A stretch of 64,000 bases of DNA from Oscillospiraceae bacterium. GTDB lineage: Bacteria; Bacillota; Clostridia; Oscillospirales; SIG627. Position 1 is the first letter of the stretch. Each line of letters starts with the position of its first letter. Under the pieces are notes generated by a model, which saw nothing but the letters and a program-made list of their open reading frames with translations, had not been told where the DNA came from and did no database searches. The translations under genes were made by a program, and so were the position numbers. The stretch is from contig SVTV01000010.1 in NCBI GenBank assembly GCA_015063605.1, forward strand, positions 11,300 to 75,299, written 5' to 3'. Below, one piece after another: positions 20,222 through 30,051 of this stretch.

Positions 20222-21142
20222 TTACTTAAATTTATCAAACAGTATATCATAAAACGCTCTGCCCATGAGTCTCACAAGCTTTGTCTTCTTATCCGAAACA
20301 GATATATACAGAAGATCCTCCGCCGTAAGGGAAATGTATTCTCCGTTTCTCATGGCATCGCTTCCGTCAAGAGCGGCAAAGCACACCGTGTCTCTTCCGT
20401 CGAGATTGCATATGGCAAGGCGTCTTTTATCCGAAAACACAAGCGTCTTTGAATTCACAAGTGAATGCGAGCATATGGGTGTCATGCAAATTACCGAGGA
20501 CACGGGATCACAGGGGACTCCTCCCGCAGAAAGGGAGTAAGCCGTTGAGCCTGTTGGAGTTGAAAAGACAACACCGTCGGCGCGGTAGTGGGACACCTTT
20601 CCCCAATTTGCATTTCCGTCATCATTTTCGGCGCAAAGAAGATCAAATTCCACTACTCTCGAATTGCTCTTTGCCGATACACAGCAGTCATTGAGTACTG
20701 TGGAATTGAATATTTCGCCGTCGCTTTTTTCTATCTTTACGTCAAGGCGGACTCTCTCCTCAACGGAAAAATCTCCCGTAAAAAGCTTGTCCGTCTCATT
20801 TATTTCATTTCTTTCAAGCTCCGCAAGAAAGCCTACTCTGCCCATATTGACGCCCAATATGGGTTTATCATACTTTACTGCGGGAAGAGATGCCGCCAGA
20901 AGCGTTCCGTCGCCTCCGAGCGTTATCACCATATCGCAGAGCTTCATAAGCTCTTCCTCGACGCCTCTTTCGCAGGGAAAGTCAAAGCATCCCTCATGAT
21001 GGCTGCCGAGCAATATATTTGCACCGTTTCCGATAAGGCGCTTCGCCAAAGCGGTGGAGGTGTGATAATCTTTATCCTTCATTGCATTCGGCATAAGCAA
21101 TATGTTTTTCGGTATGGAATTTTTTTTCTCCAATTTGATCAA
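20222..21142 (-). CDS. nadK: NAD kinase
   Basis: LGGDGTLL, GRVGFL, DGVVFSTPTGSTAYSLSAGG. Confidence 0.96.
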   Translation of the reverse strand: MIKLEKKNSIPKNILLMPNAMKDKDYHTSTALAKRLIGNGANILLGSHHEGCFDFPCERGVEEELMKLCDMVITLGGDGTLLAASLPAVKYDKPILGVNMGRVGFLAELERNEINETDKLFTGDFSVEERVRLDVKIEKSDGEIFNSTVLNDCCVSAKSNSRVVEFDLLCAENDDGNANWGKVSHYRADGVVFSTPTGSTAYSLSAGGVPCDPVSSVICMTPICSHSLVNSKTLVFSDKRRLAICNLDGRDTVCFAALDGSDAMRNGEYISLTAEDLLYISVSDKKTKLVRLMGRAFYDILFDKFK

Positions 21143-21197
21143 CCTTTCCGGACGATCGTAAACTTACGCCCTTCCGCTTTATATCTTTCGAAACAAC

Positions 21198-21941
21198 TTA
21201 TTTCTTATGAAATAAGGCAAGATACTCCACATTTCCGTCTCCGCCCTTTATGGGAGAGACAATATATCTTTCCATTAAAAAGCCTTTCTTTTCGGCTTCC
21301 TCTTTTATACGCTTCAATATTTCAAGCCGTGCCTTATCGTCCTTTATGACACCGTTTTTACCGAGAAGCTTTCTTCCCTGCGATGTCAGCGCCGTTTCAA
21401 ACTGAGGCTTGATAAGCGTTATCATAATGCCGTCGTCGTTCAAAAGAGCATGGAGTGCATCGTATATCAGCGTCTGAGAGATAAATGACACATCCATCAC
21501 GGCAATATTGCACCTTTCGGGCAGAGAATCCTCTGTCATATATCTGGCATTTACATTTTCCATCGATATGACTCTGCTGTCGTTCTCAAGAGAGCTGTCA
21601 AGCTGTGCGCTGCCGTTTTCCACCGCATAGACCTTCTGAGCCCCGTTTTTAAGGAGGCAATCGGTAAAGCCTCCCGTCGAGGCTCCTACATCGATACATA
21701 CCATTCCCGTCACATCTACGGAAAATTCCTTCAAAGCGCCCTCAAGCTTCAAACCGCCGCGGCTTACGTATCTGCATTCTTCATCGGCTGCTGCTTCGAC
21801 CGTATCGGTCTCACTGATGCTTTCAGAGGCTTTCAGCGTGACCTTTCCGTTAACTGTCACAAGACCCTTGGTAATGAGTTTTGCGGCGGCAGTTCTGCTT
21901 TTCGCAAGCTTTTTTTCACAGAGATATACATCAAGTCTCAT
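21198..21941 (-). CDS. tlyA: TlyA family rRNA methyltransferase
   Basis: S4 domain, YVSRGGLKL, DVGASTGGFTD, DVSFIS, LIKPQFE. Confidence 0.96.
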   Translation of the reverse strand: MRLDVYLCEKKLAKSRTAAAKLITKGLVTVNGKVTLKASESISETDTVEAAADEECRYVSRGGLKLEGALKEFSVDVTGMVCIDVGASTGGFTDCLLKNGAQKVYAVENGSAQLDSSLENDSRVISMENVNARYMTEDSLPERCNIAVMDVSFISQTLIYDALHALLNDDGIMITLIKPQFETALTSQGRKLLGKNGVIKDDKARLEILKRIKEEAEKKGFLMERYIVSPIKGGDGNVEYLALFHKK

Positions 21942-23860
21942 AATTCAAATAACTTTTCCGTTGCTTCCGAAACGCTTTTTCCGTCAAGACCGCAATGGCA
22001 GATAAGCTCAGGTACCTTTCCCTGAGGCACGAAGGTATCGTCTATCGCAATTATCTTTGTTTTTATCGGGAATGGTTGACCGTCCTTAATACGGAAAAGC
22101 TTTCCGTCCTCGGAAGCCTTGGATAAAACGAGCTGAGAAAAGCCTCCGTTTTTTATTCCCTCTTCAAGGAACACCACAGCTTTAAGCTTGGAAAAGCCTT
22201 CAAGTATCTCATAAAACTTTACCGTATCAAAGGGCTTCAGCTTCAAAACCTTCACAACAGCGCACTTTACTCTGCACATCTTTACAGCCTTCAATGCTTC
22301 TGCCGTGATCCTTCCGTAAGTTACGATGACTGCTTCGATCTCATCGTAGGGATAAGGAGAATATACCGAAATATCCTTTGATATATCGAATATCTCCGCA
22401 GTATCACTGTCCTGAGTTCCCTTCGGATATCTGATTATACATACATCAGATTCTTTTTCTTCTTTTTTGCATATCAGCGCTTCTTTGAACACATACACCT
22501 GATCGGAAAGAGTGGCAGGAGAATATATGCTGACATCTGGTATAGGGAGGGATATAGCCACATCGAAAAGACCGTGATGAGTAGGACCGTCCTCCCCCAC
22601 AAGACCGCTTCTGTCAAGAGCAATGACAGCCTTAAGCTTTTGTAGGGCAAGGTCATGGAACACCTGATCGTACGCCCTTTGAAAAAACGTACTGTACAAT
22701 GCAAAAACGGGAAGAGCTCCCCCTGCCGCCATTCCTGCGGTAAAGGTCATTCCGTGCTCCTCGGCAATTCCCACATCAAAAAATCTGTGGGGAAACTTTT
22801 TTTCAAAAAGATTCAAGCCGACACCGTCGCACATTGCCGCTGTAACGGCAGTTATCTTCTCATTTTCAGATGCAGCCGCAGTAACGATCTTTCCGAAATT
22901 CTCGGTAAAGGTAACCGGCTTTAAAAGCTTCTGTTCTTCCTTTTGTTCCGTGGTGCCGTTCTTCTTTCCCGGATCCGCCTTTACGCTGTGATAAGAGCTC
23001 GGATCGTTTTCAGCCGGAAGAAAGCCCTTTCCTTTTTTCGTGTGTAAATGAACAAGCACAGGGCGGTTCAATCTCTTCGCTTCGCGAAGCAACGCCTCTG
23101 TAGTCTTTAAGTCATTTCCGTCTGCGGGGCCAAGATAATAAATGCCGAGCTGTTCGAAAAGATTATTTTTCAAGACCAAGGTCTTGATTCCGTTTTTGAC
23201 CTTACTAATCGCTCTGGCACTCGGTCCGCCCACAATGGGAACCGAGCTTATTATCTCTTCACTTTTTCTCTTTATGTTATAATACTTATCCGTGGCACGG
23301 ATCTTATTAAGATATCCAGCCATAAGTCCAACGTTTTTCGAGATAGACATCTCGTTATCGTTGAGTACAATTATTATTTTGTCATTTTTTCTTATATTGT
23401 TGAGAGCCTCATACACGAGACCTCCGGAAAATGCTCCGTCGCCTATAACGGCAATGGACTTTCCATTTATTCCCGCCAGAGCATCGGCTCTCGCCATTCC
23501 TATCGCCGCAGAGATCGATGTGCTGCAATGTCCCGCACCGAAGGGATCGTATATGGACTCACTTCTTTTCGTAAAGCCCGAAAGTCCTCCGAATGTCCTC
23601 AGAGTCGAAAAACTTTCCTTTCTTCCTGTCAAAAGCTTATGAACGTAGCTCTGGTGTCCGGTATCATATATTATATTATCTTCGGGAGGAGAAAAGATAC
23701 GCAAAAGGGCAACGGATATCTCGGTGATACCGAGATTGCTGGCAAGGTGTCCGCCGGTTATAACGACGTTTTCCGTAAGGTATTCTCTTATCTCACCGCA
23801 AAGCTTTTCCGCTTTATCCAACGGCATACCCTTAAGCTCTTCAAGCGTAAGTTTTTCCAT
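21938..23860 (-). CDS. dxs: 1-deoxy-D-xylulose-5-phosphate synthase
   Basis: GGHLASNLG, GHQSYVHK, DVGIAEEH, GEDGPTHHG. Confidence 0.98.
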   Translation of the reverse strand: MEKLTLEELKGMPLDKAEKLCGEIREYLTENVVITGGHLASNLGITEISVALLRIFSPPEDNIIYDTGHQSYVHKLLTGRKESFSTLRTFGGLSGFTKRSESIYDPFGAGHCSTSISAAIGMARADALAGINGKSIAVIGDGAFSGGLVYEALNNIRKNDKIIIVLNDNEMSISKNVGLMAGYLNKIRATDKYYNIKRKSEEIISSVPIVGGPSARAISKVKNGIKTLVLKNNLFEQLGIYYLGPADGNDLKTTEALLREAKRLNRPVLVHLHTKKGKGFLPAENDPSSYHSVKADPGKKNGTTEQKEEQKLLKPVTFTENFGKIVTAAASENEKITAVTAAMCDGVGLNLFEKKFPHRFFDVGIAEEHGMTFTAGMAAGGALPVFALYSTFFQRAYDQVFHDLALQKLKAVIALDRSGLVGEDGPTHHGLFDVAISLPIPDVSIYSPATLSDQVYVFKEALICKKEEKESDVCIIRYPKGTQDSDTAEIFDISKDISVYSPYPYDEIEAVIVTYGRITAEALKAVKMCRVKCAVVKVLKLKPFDTVKFYEILEGFSKLKAVVFLEEGIKNGGFSQLVLSKASEDGKLFRIKDGQPFPIKTKIIAIDDTFVPQGKVPELICHCGLDGKSVSEATEKLFEL

Positions 23861-23900
23861 TCTATCCCTCCTTGCTTTTTTATAAATAATTATATGGCAT

Positions 23901-24356
23901 TCACATCATTATCCATGACAGCACTATGGATATTGCCACTCCAAGCACCGCACCTGCCAATACCTGCACGGGCGTATGACCTATAAGCTCCTTCAATTCC
24001 TTCGTACGGAGCTCCTTACCTTCGAAAAGGTCATTTATTATAATGTTGAGAAGACGAGCATGCTCACCCGAATGACGGCGTACATTCGCCGCATCATACA
24101 TGGTTACTATTGCAAATGCCAAAGAAAGGGCAAATAACGGCGTTCCGGGACCCGGATCCACCCACATGGCGCCGAGCAAGGCGCACACGAGTGACGAATG
24201 ACTGCTGGGCATTCCGCCGGAAGATATCATAAGCTGAAAGTCAAGCTTTTTTTCCCTTACAAAGCAAACGGCAAATTTTATTATCTGAGCAATAAACCAA
24301 CCTGAAATACCGCACAACACATGGTAATTTGTGATAAGTTCAAAACACTTATTCAA
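23901..24356 (-). CDS. Divergent PAP2 family membrane protein (YuiD-like)
   Basis: SGGMPSSHS, MYDAANVRR, LKELIGHTP. Confidence 0.92.
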   Translation of the reverse strand: MNKCFELITNYHVLCGISGWFIAQIIKFAVCFVREKKLDFQLMISSGGMPSSHSSLVCALLGAMWVDPGPGTPLFALSLAFAIVTMYDAANVRRHSGEHARLLNIIINDLFEGKELRTKELKELIGHTPVQVLAGAVLGVAISIVLSWIMM

Positions 24357-24597
24357 AGGGCTCCTCCGTTATCTCGCCTGTCTCAGCCGAGCGTGTAAGT
24401 ATTCTTATTCTGTCCGATGCATCATCGAGCATGGAATTGCACAGCTTTACAAGGGACACTCCCTCTTCAAATAGTGCAAGAGAGCCGTCAAGAGGTGTTT
24501 TATCCGATTCAAGGGCACGGACGATCTCCTCAAGGCGAATCATTGCCTGCTCAAAAGTCATATTATTCTTTTCATTTTCATTAGGTGCGGATACCAT
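24349..24597 (-). CDS. xseB: Exodeoxyribonuclease VII small subunit
   Basis: FEQAMIRLEEIVRALE...LFEEGVSL. Confidence 0.95.
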   Translation of the reverse strand: MVSAPNENEKNNMTFEQAMIRLEEIVRALESDKTPLDGSLALFEEGVSLVKLCNSMLDDASDRIRILTRSAETGEITEEPFE

Positions 24598-24623
24598 GGC
24601 TGTGAGTATTCCTTTCAGAACAT

Positions 24624-25832
24624 TTATTTGTTTTCTGTTTTTTCCACACGGGCTTCGATATGGCCGTCTGTAAGGTCAAACTGTATTTTATCTCCCGGAG
24701 CAAGCTGCTTTACGCTTTTTGCAAGCTCGCCGTCTTCCTTGAACACGGCGGTGTATCCTCTTGATATAATGGATAAGGGATTCAATGCTTCAAGCTTCGC
24801 GGTTTCTCTTTTGAAGGCGGCTGATTTCTTTTCATAAAGAAGATTCATTCTGCTTTCGAGAAGGCGTGCCGAATGGAAAAGAGACATTCTTCTGTCATCG
24901 ATAAAGACCTCGGGACCCGTAAAGCATCTCTTTTTAGCCAATCCGTCGAGTCTTGATCTGTTGTTCTTTATTTTTGCATTTTCGGCGGAAGCCATACGCG
25001 ATACAAAAATTCCTAATCTGTGTCTTATCTCATCGGTTTCGGGCAAAGCAAGCTCCACAGCCGCAGAAGGAGTGGGGGCACGAAGGTCGCTCACGAAATC
25101 GGATATTGAAAAATCCGTTTCATGCCCCACGGCGGATATAACGGGGATTCTTGAAGCAAATATTGCCCTTGCAAGCCTTTCATCGTTGAATGCCCACAAT
25201 TCCTCAAGAGAACCGCCTCCGCGTCCGATTATTATTACATCCACGGGGTCTCTTTCATTGAAAAAGCGTATTCCGGAGCAAAGCTGAGCGGGTGCGCTCT
25301 CGCCTTGAACGAGGCAAGGAAAAAGAATAAGCCTTGCGGCGGGAAAGCGTCTTGTGGAAATATTTATCATATCCCTTACAGCCGCACCCGTAGGCGATGT
25401 TATCACTCCCACACGCATGGGATATTTCGGTATGCTTTTTTTATGGACGGGAGAGAAAAGCCCCTCCGCCTCAAGCTTCGCTTTAAGCTGTTCGAATGCA
25501 AGGTAAAGAGAGCCTGTACCGTCGGGCTCCATGGAATCTATATAAAGCTGATACTGTCCGTCACGTGGAAAAAGCGATACTCTTCCGTGAGCCGTCACCT
25601 TCATTCCGTTTTCGGGCAAAAACTTCATACGGGATGCGTAAGCCTTGAACATAACGGCACGCAAAACACCCGTTTCATCCTTCAGAGTCAGATAGAAATG
25701 TCCCGTTTTATGATTTGTGAAATTGCTTATTTCTCCGCGCACATACACATCATTAAGCAGCGCATCGGAATCTATCTTGGATTTAATATACTCATTGAGA
25801 CCGGTTACGGTCAAAACATTATCGTTATTCAT
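24624..25832 (-). CDS. xseA: Exodeoxyribonuclease VII large subunit
   Basis: GEISNF, GHFYLTLKD, RGGGSLEELWAFN, GHETD, APTPSAA; likely start MNNDNV at 25832. Confidence 0.97.
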   Translation of the reverse strand: MNNDNVLTVTGLNEYIKSKIDSDALLNDVYVRGEISNFTNHKTGHFYLTLKDETGVLRAVMFKAYASRMKFLPENGMKVTAHGRVSLFPRDGQYQLYIDSMEPDGTGSLYLAFEQLKAKLEAEGLFSPVHKKSIPKYPMRVGVITSPTGAAVRDMINISTRRFPAARLILFPCLVQGESAPAQLCSGIRFFNERDPVDVIIIGRGGGSLEELWAFNDERLARAIFASRIPVISAVGHETDFSISDFVSDLRAPTPSAAVELALPETDEIRHRLGIFVSRMASAENAKIKNNRSRLDGLAKKRCFTGPEVFIDDRRMSLFHSARLLESRMNLLYEKKSAAFKRETAKLEALNPLSIISRGYTAVFKEDGELAKSVKQLAPGDKIQFDLTDGHIEARVEKTENK

Positions 25833-26817
25833 GGATACCTTCCGAATACTTGAGCATGGCGAGGATCGCCGTTCCGACAGCATTGTCGCTTGACATTCCG
25901 CAGGGAGCAAAGATAAGCTCGTATTTACCTTTAAGCTTTTCTTCTATACGGCTCTTCAAAATGACGGAATTCGTAACACCACCCGAGAATAATATCTTCT
26001 CACCGCATGGAACATTTTCCGCCATAGTCAAAACAGCGGAGGACACAGCGGAGAAAACAAAGGATGCCACATCGCAATAAGGCTCATTGTCCGCAATCAT
26101 CTTTTCGAATTTATTCTGTATTCCCGAAATATTGATATTACCGTTTTTGCAGGGTATTTTTACGTTATACTTTTTTTCGCTTTCCATGGCGAGATGTTCA
26201 AGCTCACCGCCGCACGGAAACGCTATTCCCATTTTCACCCCGCATCTGTCGATAAGCTGACCGCAGGTAACATCCAGTGATTCCGAAACCGTGGAAACGT
26301 CATAATATCCGCCCGCTTCGGAGGACTTCACGGCTCTCACAAGCTCGCACGTACCTCCCGAAAGATGAAAAGCATAAAACTCTCCGTCTTTTTTGTCATG
26401 TGCCTTTATATCATCAAATGCTTTATCTCCGTAAAGTCCCGCGGCTATATGACCGTCCTGATGAGAGAATCTTACAACGGGCGCATCTGCGCTCATTGCC
26501 GCAGCTGAAGCTGCTGCAACTCCCGATAAAAAGCAAGGCATATAGGAGCCTTCCGCAGATACCGGCCTTTCGGAAACGCCAACAACGCATATGCGCCTAT
26601 CGGGAGCCTTATCACGAAGCTTTTCATTCAAGGCGCAGAAAAGTTCAGGCAAAGCCTTGATATGGGCAAAAACAGCGTCGCTCTGACGAAGTCCCAACGA
26701 ACCCTCAGAAACGGGAAGCAGCTTTCGCTCAGATGCAATAACGCCATCCTCTGCCGAATAAGCACAAAGGGATGTTGTATAGTTGCTGGTATCTATTCCA
26801 ATGGCTATATTTTTCAT
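25825..26817 (-). CDS. TsaD/Kae1-like (peptidase M22 family) paralog
   Basis: GIDTSNYTTS, SHQDGH, HLSGGT, GQLIDR, SDNAVG. Confidence 0.85.
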   Translation of the reverse strand: MKNIAIGIDTSNYTTSLCAYSAEDGVIASERKLLPVSEGSLGLRQSDAVFAHIKALPELFCALNEKLRDKAPDRRICVVGVSERPVSAEGSYMPCFLSGVAAASAAAMSADAPVVRFSHQDGHIAAGLYGDKAFDDIKAHDKKDGEFYAFHLSGGTCELVRAVKSSEAGGYYDVSTVSESLDVTCGQLIDRCGVKMGIAFPCGGELEHLAMESEKKYNVKIPCKNGNINISGIQNKFEKMIADNEPYCDVASFVFSAVSSAVLTMAENVPCGEKILFSGGVTNSVILKSRIEEKLKGKYELIFAPCGMSSDNAVGTAILAMLKYSEGIHE

Positions 26818-27236
26818 TTTGATTTTGAGATATTACCCAAAATTCCGTTTACGAAGTTAGCCGCTTTTTTGTCGTAATATTTCTTGACAAGCTCTACAGC
26901 TTCGTTTATCGCTATTGCTTCGGGAATATCATCGTTATAAAACATTTCATATAAAGCAAGGAAAAGAACGCTTAACGATACACGGGATATGCGGTTTACA
27001 TTTCTCGTCTTGGAATGCTCCTGAATGCGTTCTCTGAATTCCTCCTCATGAGATGCCGCACCAAGGAAGGTCTCCTTTATGTATGTGCTTGCCATGATAT
27101 CCTCGTATCTTTCATCCTCCGAAAGATCCTCCATGAATATCTCATAAAGCTTATCATGCTCCTCATCCTTATGGAAGCTTGCCTGAAAGAGCATTACGAA
27201 AACAAGCTCTCTTTCATCACGTCTGTTAATAGCCAT
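26814..27236 (-). CDS. nusB: Transcription antitermination factor NusB
   Basis: IAINEAVELVKKY...FVNGILG. Confidence 0.95.
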   Translation of the reverse strand: MAINRRDERELVFVMLFQASFHKDEEHDKLYEIFMEDLSEDERYEDIMASTYIKETFLGAASHEEEFRERIQEHSKTRNVNRISRVSLSVLFLALYEMFYNDDIPEAIAINEAVELVKKYYDKKAANFVNGILGNISKSK

Positions 27237-27269
27237 ATAATAACCTTTCCCGATTTAATATCGGATATA

Positions 27270-28268
27270 TTAAAGACCGATCTTTTCTATCATTTCCGTC
27301 ATATCCGAAAAAAGCGGTGCTTTTATTCTGATTTCTTTTTTCAAGATCGGATGTATAAAAAGCAGCTCTTCGCAATGGAGCGCCTGCCTTTTTATATATT
27401 CCGAAGAGCTTCCGTAAAGTGTATCTCCGCATATGGAATATCCCATGCTTTGAAAATGCACTCGGAGCTGATGTGTCCTTCCCGTTTCGGGACGGGCGCT
27501 TATCAATTTATGATCTCCCTTAGACGAAATAACTGTATAGTGAGTTACCGCCGCTCTTCCCTCGGGGGAAAATTCTCCCGGGCGCTTTCTGTCTCTGTCA
27601 TCACCGTTTTCATCGGTAATGCACGGTGAATAGCCGTTAATTTTATCAAGCTCTCTTACCTGCTCCGTCACGGCTTCACGCTCCATAAAGGAATTGCTCT
27701 TCATTCTTATATTATACAATATATCCCCGCTGTTTTCAAGCGTATATTCCGTATATTTTTGATTTTTTTCACATATAAGGGTATATTTTTTACATATTTC
27801 GCCCTTCGACAGCATGTCTGAAAGCTTTGAGGAAGTCAGTCTGTCCTTTGATACAAGAACAACTCCGCTCGTATCCATATCGAGACGGGTAGCGCACCTG
27901 AAAACACATGGTTTATCAAAGTAAGCCATTATCCTTCCCGCAAGGGTATCGCCCTGATGATCTCTTGCGGGATGTACCGGAAGAAACGGCGGCTTATTGA
28001 CCGCGAGTATATATTCATCCTCATAAAGCACCTCTATGGGGATATCGTACGGAGTTATACCCGTGCTTATCTTTTCGTCTTCCGTGTCAAGGAATATTTC
28101 GTCTCCCTCGCGGAGAATAGTTCTGACGGTAACGGGCTGTCCGTTCACCTTTATTCCGCCCTCCTTTTGCTTTAAAGAGGACAAAGCGGCTCGGCTGTAG
28201 CCGAGCCGCGAACGAATATAAGTGCGCAGGAGCAGACCGTCTTCTTCCTTTCCTGCCCTGTATATCAT
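27270..28268 (-). CDS. RluA/RluD family pseudouridine synthase
   Basis: VNKPPFLPVHP, RLDMDTSG, TGRTHQLRVH, RQALH. Confidence 0.93.
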   Translation of the reverse strand: MIYRAGKEEDGLLLRTYIRSRLGYSRAALSSLKQKEGGIKVNGQPVTVRTILREGDEIFLDTEDEKISTGITPYDIPIEVLYEDEYILAVNKPPFLPVHPARDHQGDTLAGRIMAYFDKPCVFRCATRLDMDTSGVVLVSKDRLTSSKLSDMLSKGEICKKYTLICEKNQKYTEYTLENSGDILYNIRMKSNSFMEREAVTEQVRELDKINGYSPCITDENGDDRDRKRPGEFSPEGRAAVTHYTVISSKGDHKLISARPETGRTHQLRVHFQSMGYSICGDTLYGSSSEYIKRQALHCEELLFIHPILKKEIRIKAPLFSDMTEMIEKIGL

Positions 28269-28378
28269 ATTATTCCGTGCCTTTCAATGCGACCGAAGCT
28301 TGCGATGCTGCGAAGGCAGGATATCCTTACCTTCAGAGGGCAAGCCGCAGGTCTTTTAAGTATGAAAATATTTCAGAC

Positions 28379-29464
28379 TTACATTACGGGAACTATCCAT
28401 CCCATTGTATCTTCTACAGTACCCCACTGGATTCCCGTGAGATTGTCGTAAAGCTTCTGGGAGATAGGTCCTATTTCGTTATTGTTGATAATCATCTTAT
28501 AGTCGCCTTCAGCAAGAACGCCTACGGGAGAGATAACGGCAGCTGTACCTGTACCGAATACTTCCTTGAGTTCGCCGTTCTTATAGGCTTCCTTGATCTC
28601 GTCAATGGAGATAAGTCTTTCGCTTACCTTGTATCCCCAGCTCTTGAGAAGTGCCAATGCACTGTCTCTTGTTACACCGGGAAGCAAGCTTCCGCCGAGA
28701 GCGGGTGTGCATACTTCGTCACCGATAACGAAGAATACGTTCATTGTTCCAACTTCGTCAACGTACTTTCTATGTACGCCGTCGAGCCAGAGAACCTGAG
28801 AATATCCGAGCTCATAAGCCTTCTTCTGTGATCTGAGGGAAGCGGCATAGTTTCCGCCTGCCTTTGCAAATCCGATACCGCCCTTAACGGCTCTTACGTA
28901 TTCGTCTTCAACATATATCTTAACGGGGTTGATTCCCTCTGCATAATAAGCTCCTACGGGAGAAAGGATTATGCAGAAAATGTATGTCTTGGAAGGAGAA
29001 ACGCCGAGATGAGGCTCTGTAGCGATGATAAAGGGACGGATGTAAAGAGATGTGCCCACTTCGGAGGGAACCCAGTCGCTGTCAACTTCAACTACTGCCT
29101 TTATAGCATCGAGAGTTTCGTCGGGATCTACCTGAGGTATGCAGAGACGTTCATTTGTCTTGTTCATTCTTTCAATGTTCTTCTGAGGTCTGAAAAGCTG
29201 TATCTTTCCGTCGGCTGTCTTATAAGCCTTGAGACCTTCGAACATTTCCTGACCGTAATGGAATACCATAGCGGCGGGATCGAGAGAAATATTCTCGTAA
29301 GGAACTATTCTTGCATCATGCCAGCCCTTGCCCTCTGTATAATTCCAAAGGAACATATGATCCGTGAAGAATCTGCCGAAGCCGAGCTTGGAATAGTCGG
29401 GCTTTTCTTTTTTTACACTTGTGCGCTCAATTTTGATCTCGAGCGGCTTTCTTTCGTTTGCCAT
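28379..29464 (-). CDS. ilvE: Branched-chain amino acid aminotransferase
   Basis: GFGRFFTDHM, HYGQEMFEGLKAY, LYIRP, KAGGNYA, GTGTAAVISP; ATG at 29464 follows GGAGG. Confidence 0.97.
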   Translation of the reverse strand: MANERKPLEIKIERTSVKKEKPDYSKLGFGRFFTDHMFLWNYTEGKGWHDARIVPYENISLDPAAMVFHYGQEMFEGLKAYKTADGKIQLFRPQKNIERMNKTNERLCIPQVDPDETLDAIKAVVEVDSDWVPSEVGTSLYIRPFIIATEPHLGVSPSKTYIFCIILSPVGAYYAEGINPVKIYVEDEYVRAVKGGIGFAKAGGNYAASLRSQKKAYELGYSQVLWLDGVHRKYVDEVGTMNVFFVIGDEVCTPALGGSLLPGVTRDSALALLKSWGYKVSERLISIDEIKEAYKNGELKEVFGTGTAAVISPVGVLAEGDYKMIINNNEIGPISQKLYDNLTGIQWGTVEDTMGWIVPVM

Positions 29465-29636
29465 ATATACCTCCATGTACCGCCGATAGTTTAGCATCCT
29501 TTTTTCGATACTTATAAACGGTACAGATTTTTCACTTACGGAATCGATTTTAAGAATCAAATCCTTATGCACTCTATAGTTTACTACACTATAAAAAAAA
29601 TTACAAGTGTTTTTTTGAAATTTTTTCAAAAAAGTC

Positions 29637-29665
29637 TTGACAAAATTGCTTTGTTGTGTTATCAT
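29637..29665 (+). promoter_or_regulatory. Sigma-A promoter of tRNA-Lys
   Basis: TTGACA-17-TATCAT with an A/T-rich upstream tract. Confidence 0.75.
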
Positions 29666-29739
29666 ATACGGGCGCCGATAAAAGGGCGCCTTTCAATCGT
29701 TCTTTTCAGATCGTTGGAAGCATATGCGCATATGCGTAA

Positions 29740-29815
29740 GACTCATTAGCTCAGTAGGTAGAGCACATGACTTTTAATCATGGTGTCCGGAGTTCGACTC
29801 TCCGATGAGTCACCA
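29740..29815 (+). tRNA. tRNA-Lys (anticodon TTT)
   Basis: 76 nt GACTCAT...ATGAGTC-A-CCA; D arm GCTC/GAGC; anticodon arm CATGA-CTTTTAA-TCATG; T loop TTCGACT. Confidence 0.98.
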
Positions 29816-29858
29816 AAAAAGATAACATCCGAGCTGAAAGTTCGGATGTTATCTTTTT
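29816..29858 (+). terminator. Intrinsic terminator after tRNA-Lys
   Basis: AAAAAGATAACATCCGA...TCGGATGTTATCTTTTT. Confidence 0.8.
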
Positions 29859-30035
29859 ATCCAAGCCGCAGGCTTGGCATGGAATCAATGCGCTTGCGCA
29901 TTGTATGGAATCGCCAAAGGCGTATGGCATCACCGAAGGTGCATTTTCTGCGGCTTGATTACATACGCGGCTGCGCCGCAATTCCATACCGCAACAAGTT
30001 GCGGATCTCATACACGCCTACGGCGTGATTTGGAT
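29859..30035. repeat. Symmetric multi-hairpin ladder element (structured ssDNA or RNA, unassigned)
   Basis: Seven mini-hairpins separated by three GTATGGAATC-like linkers and then three reverse-complement GATTCCATAC-like linkers; ATCCAA/TTGGAT ends. Confidence 0.8.
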
Positions 30036-30051
30036 GCGAAAGGAGAATGAT

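Noticed and set aside
28341-28351. CAAGCCGCAGG shared with the ladder element at 29862
   Set aside because: Only 11 bp, with none of the linker or hairpin context; likely chance.
29778-30028. 77-aa and 82-aa ORFs over the tRNA and ladder element
   Set aside because: They overlap the tRNA and terminator, lack an RBS, and are explained by the structured repeat.
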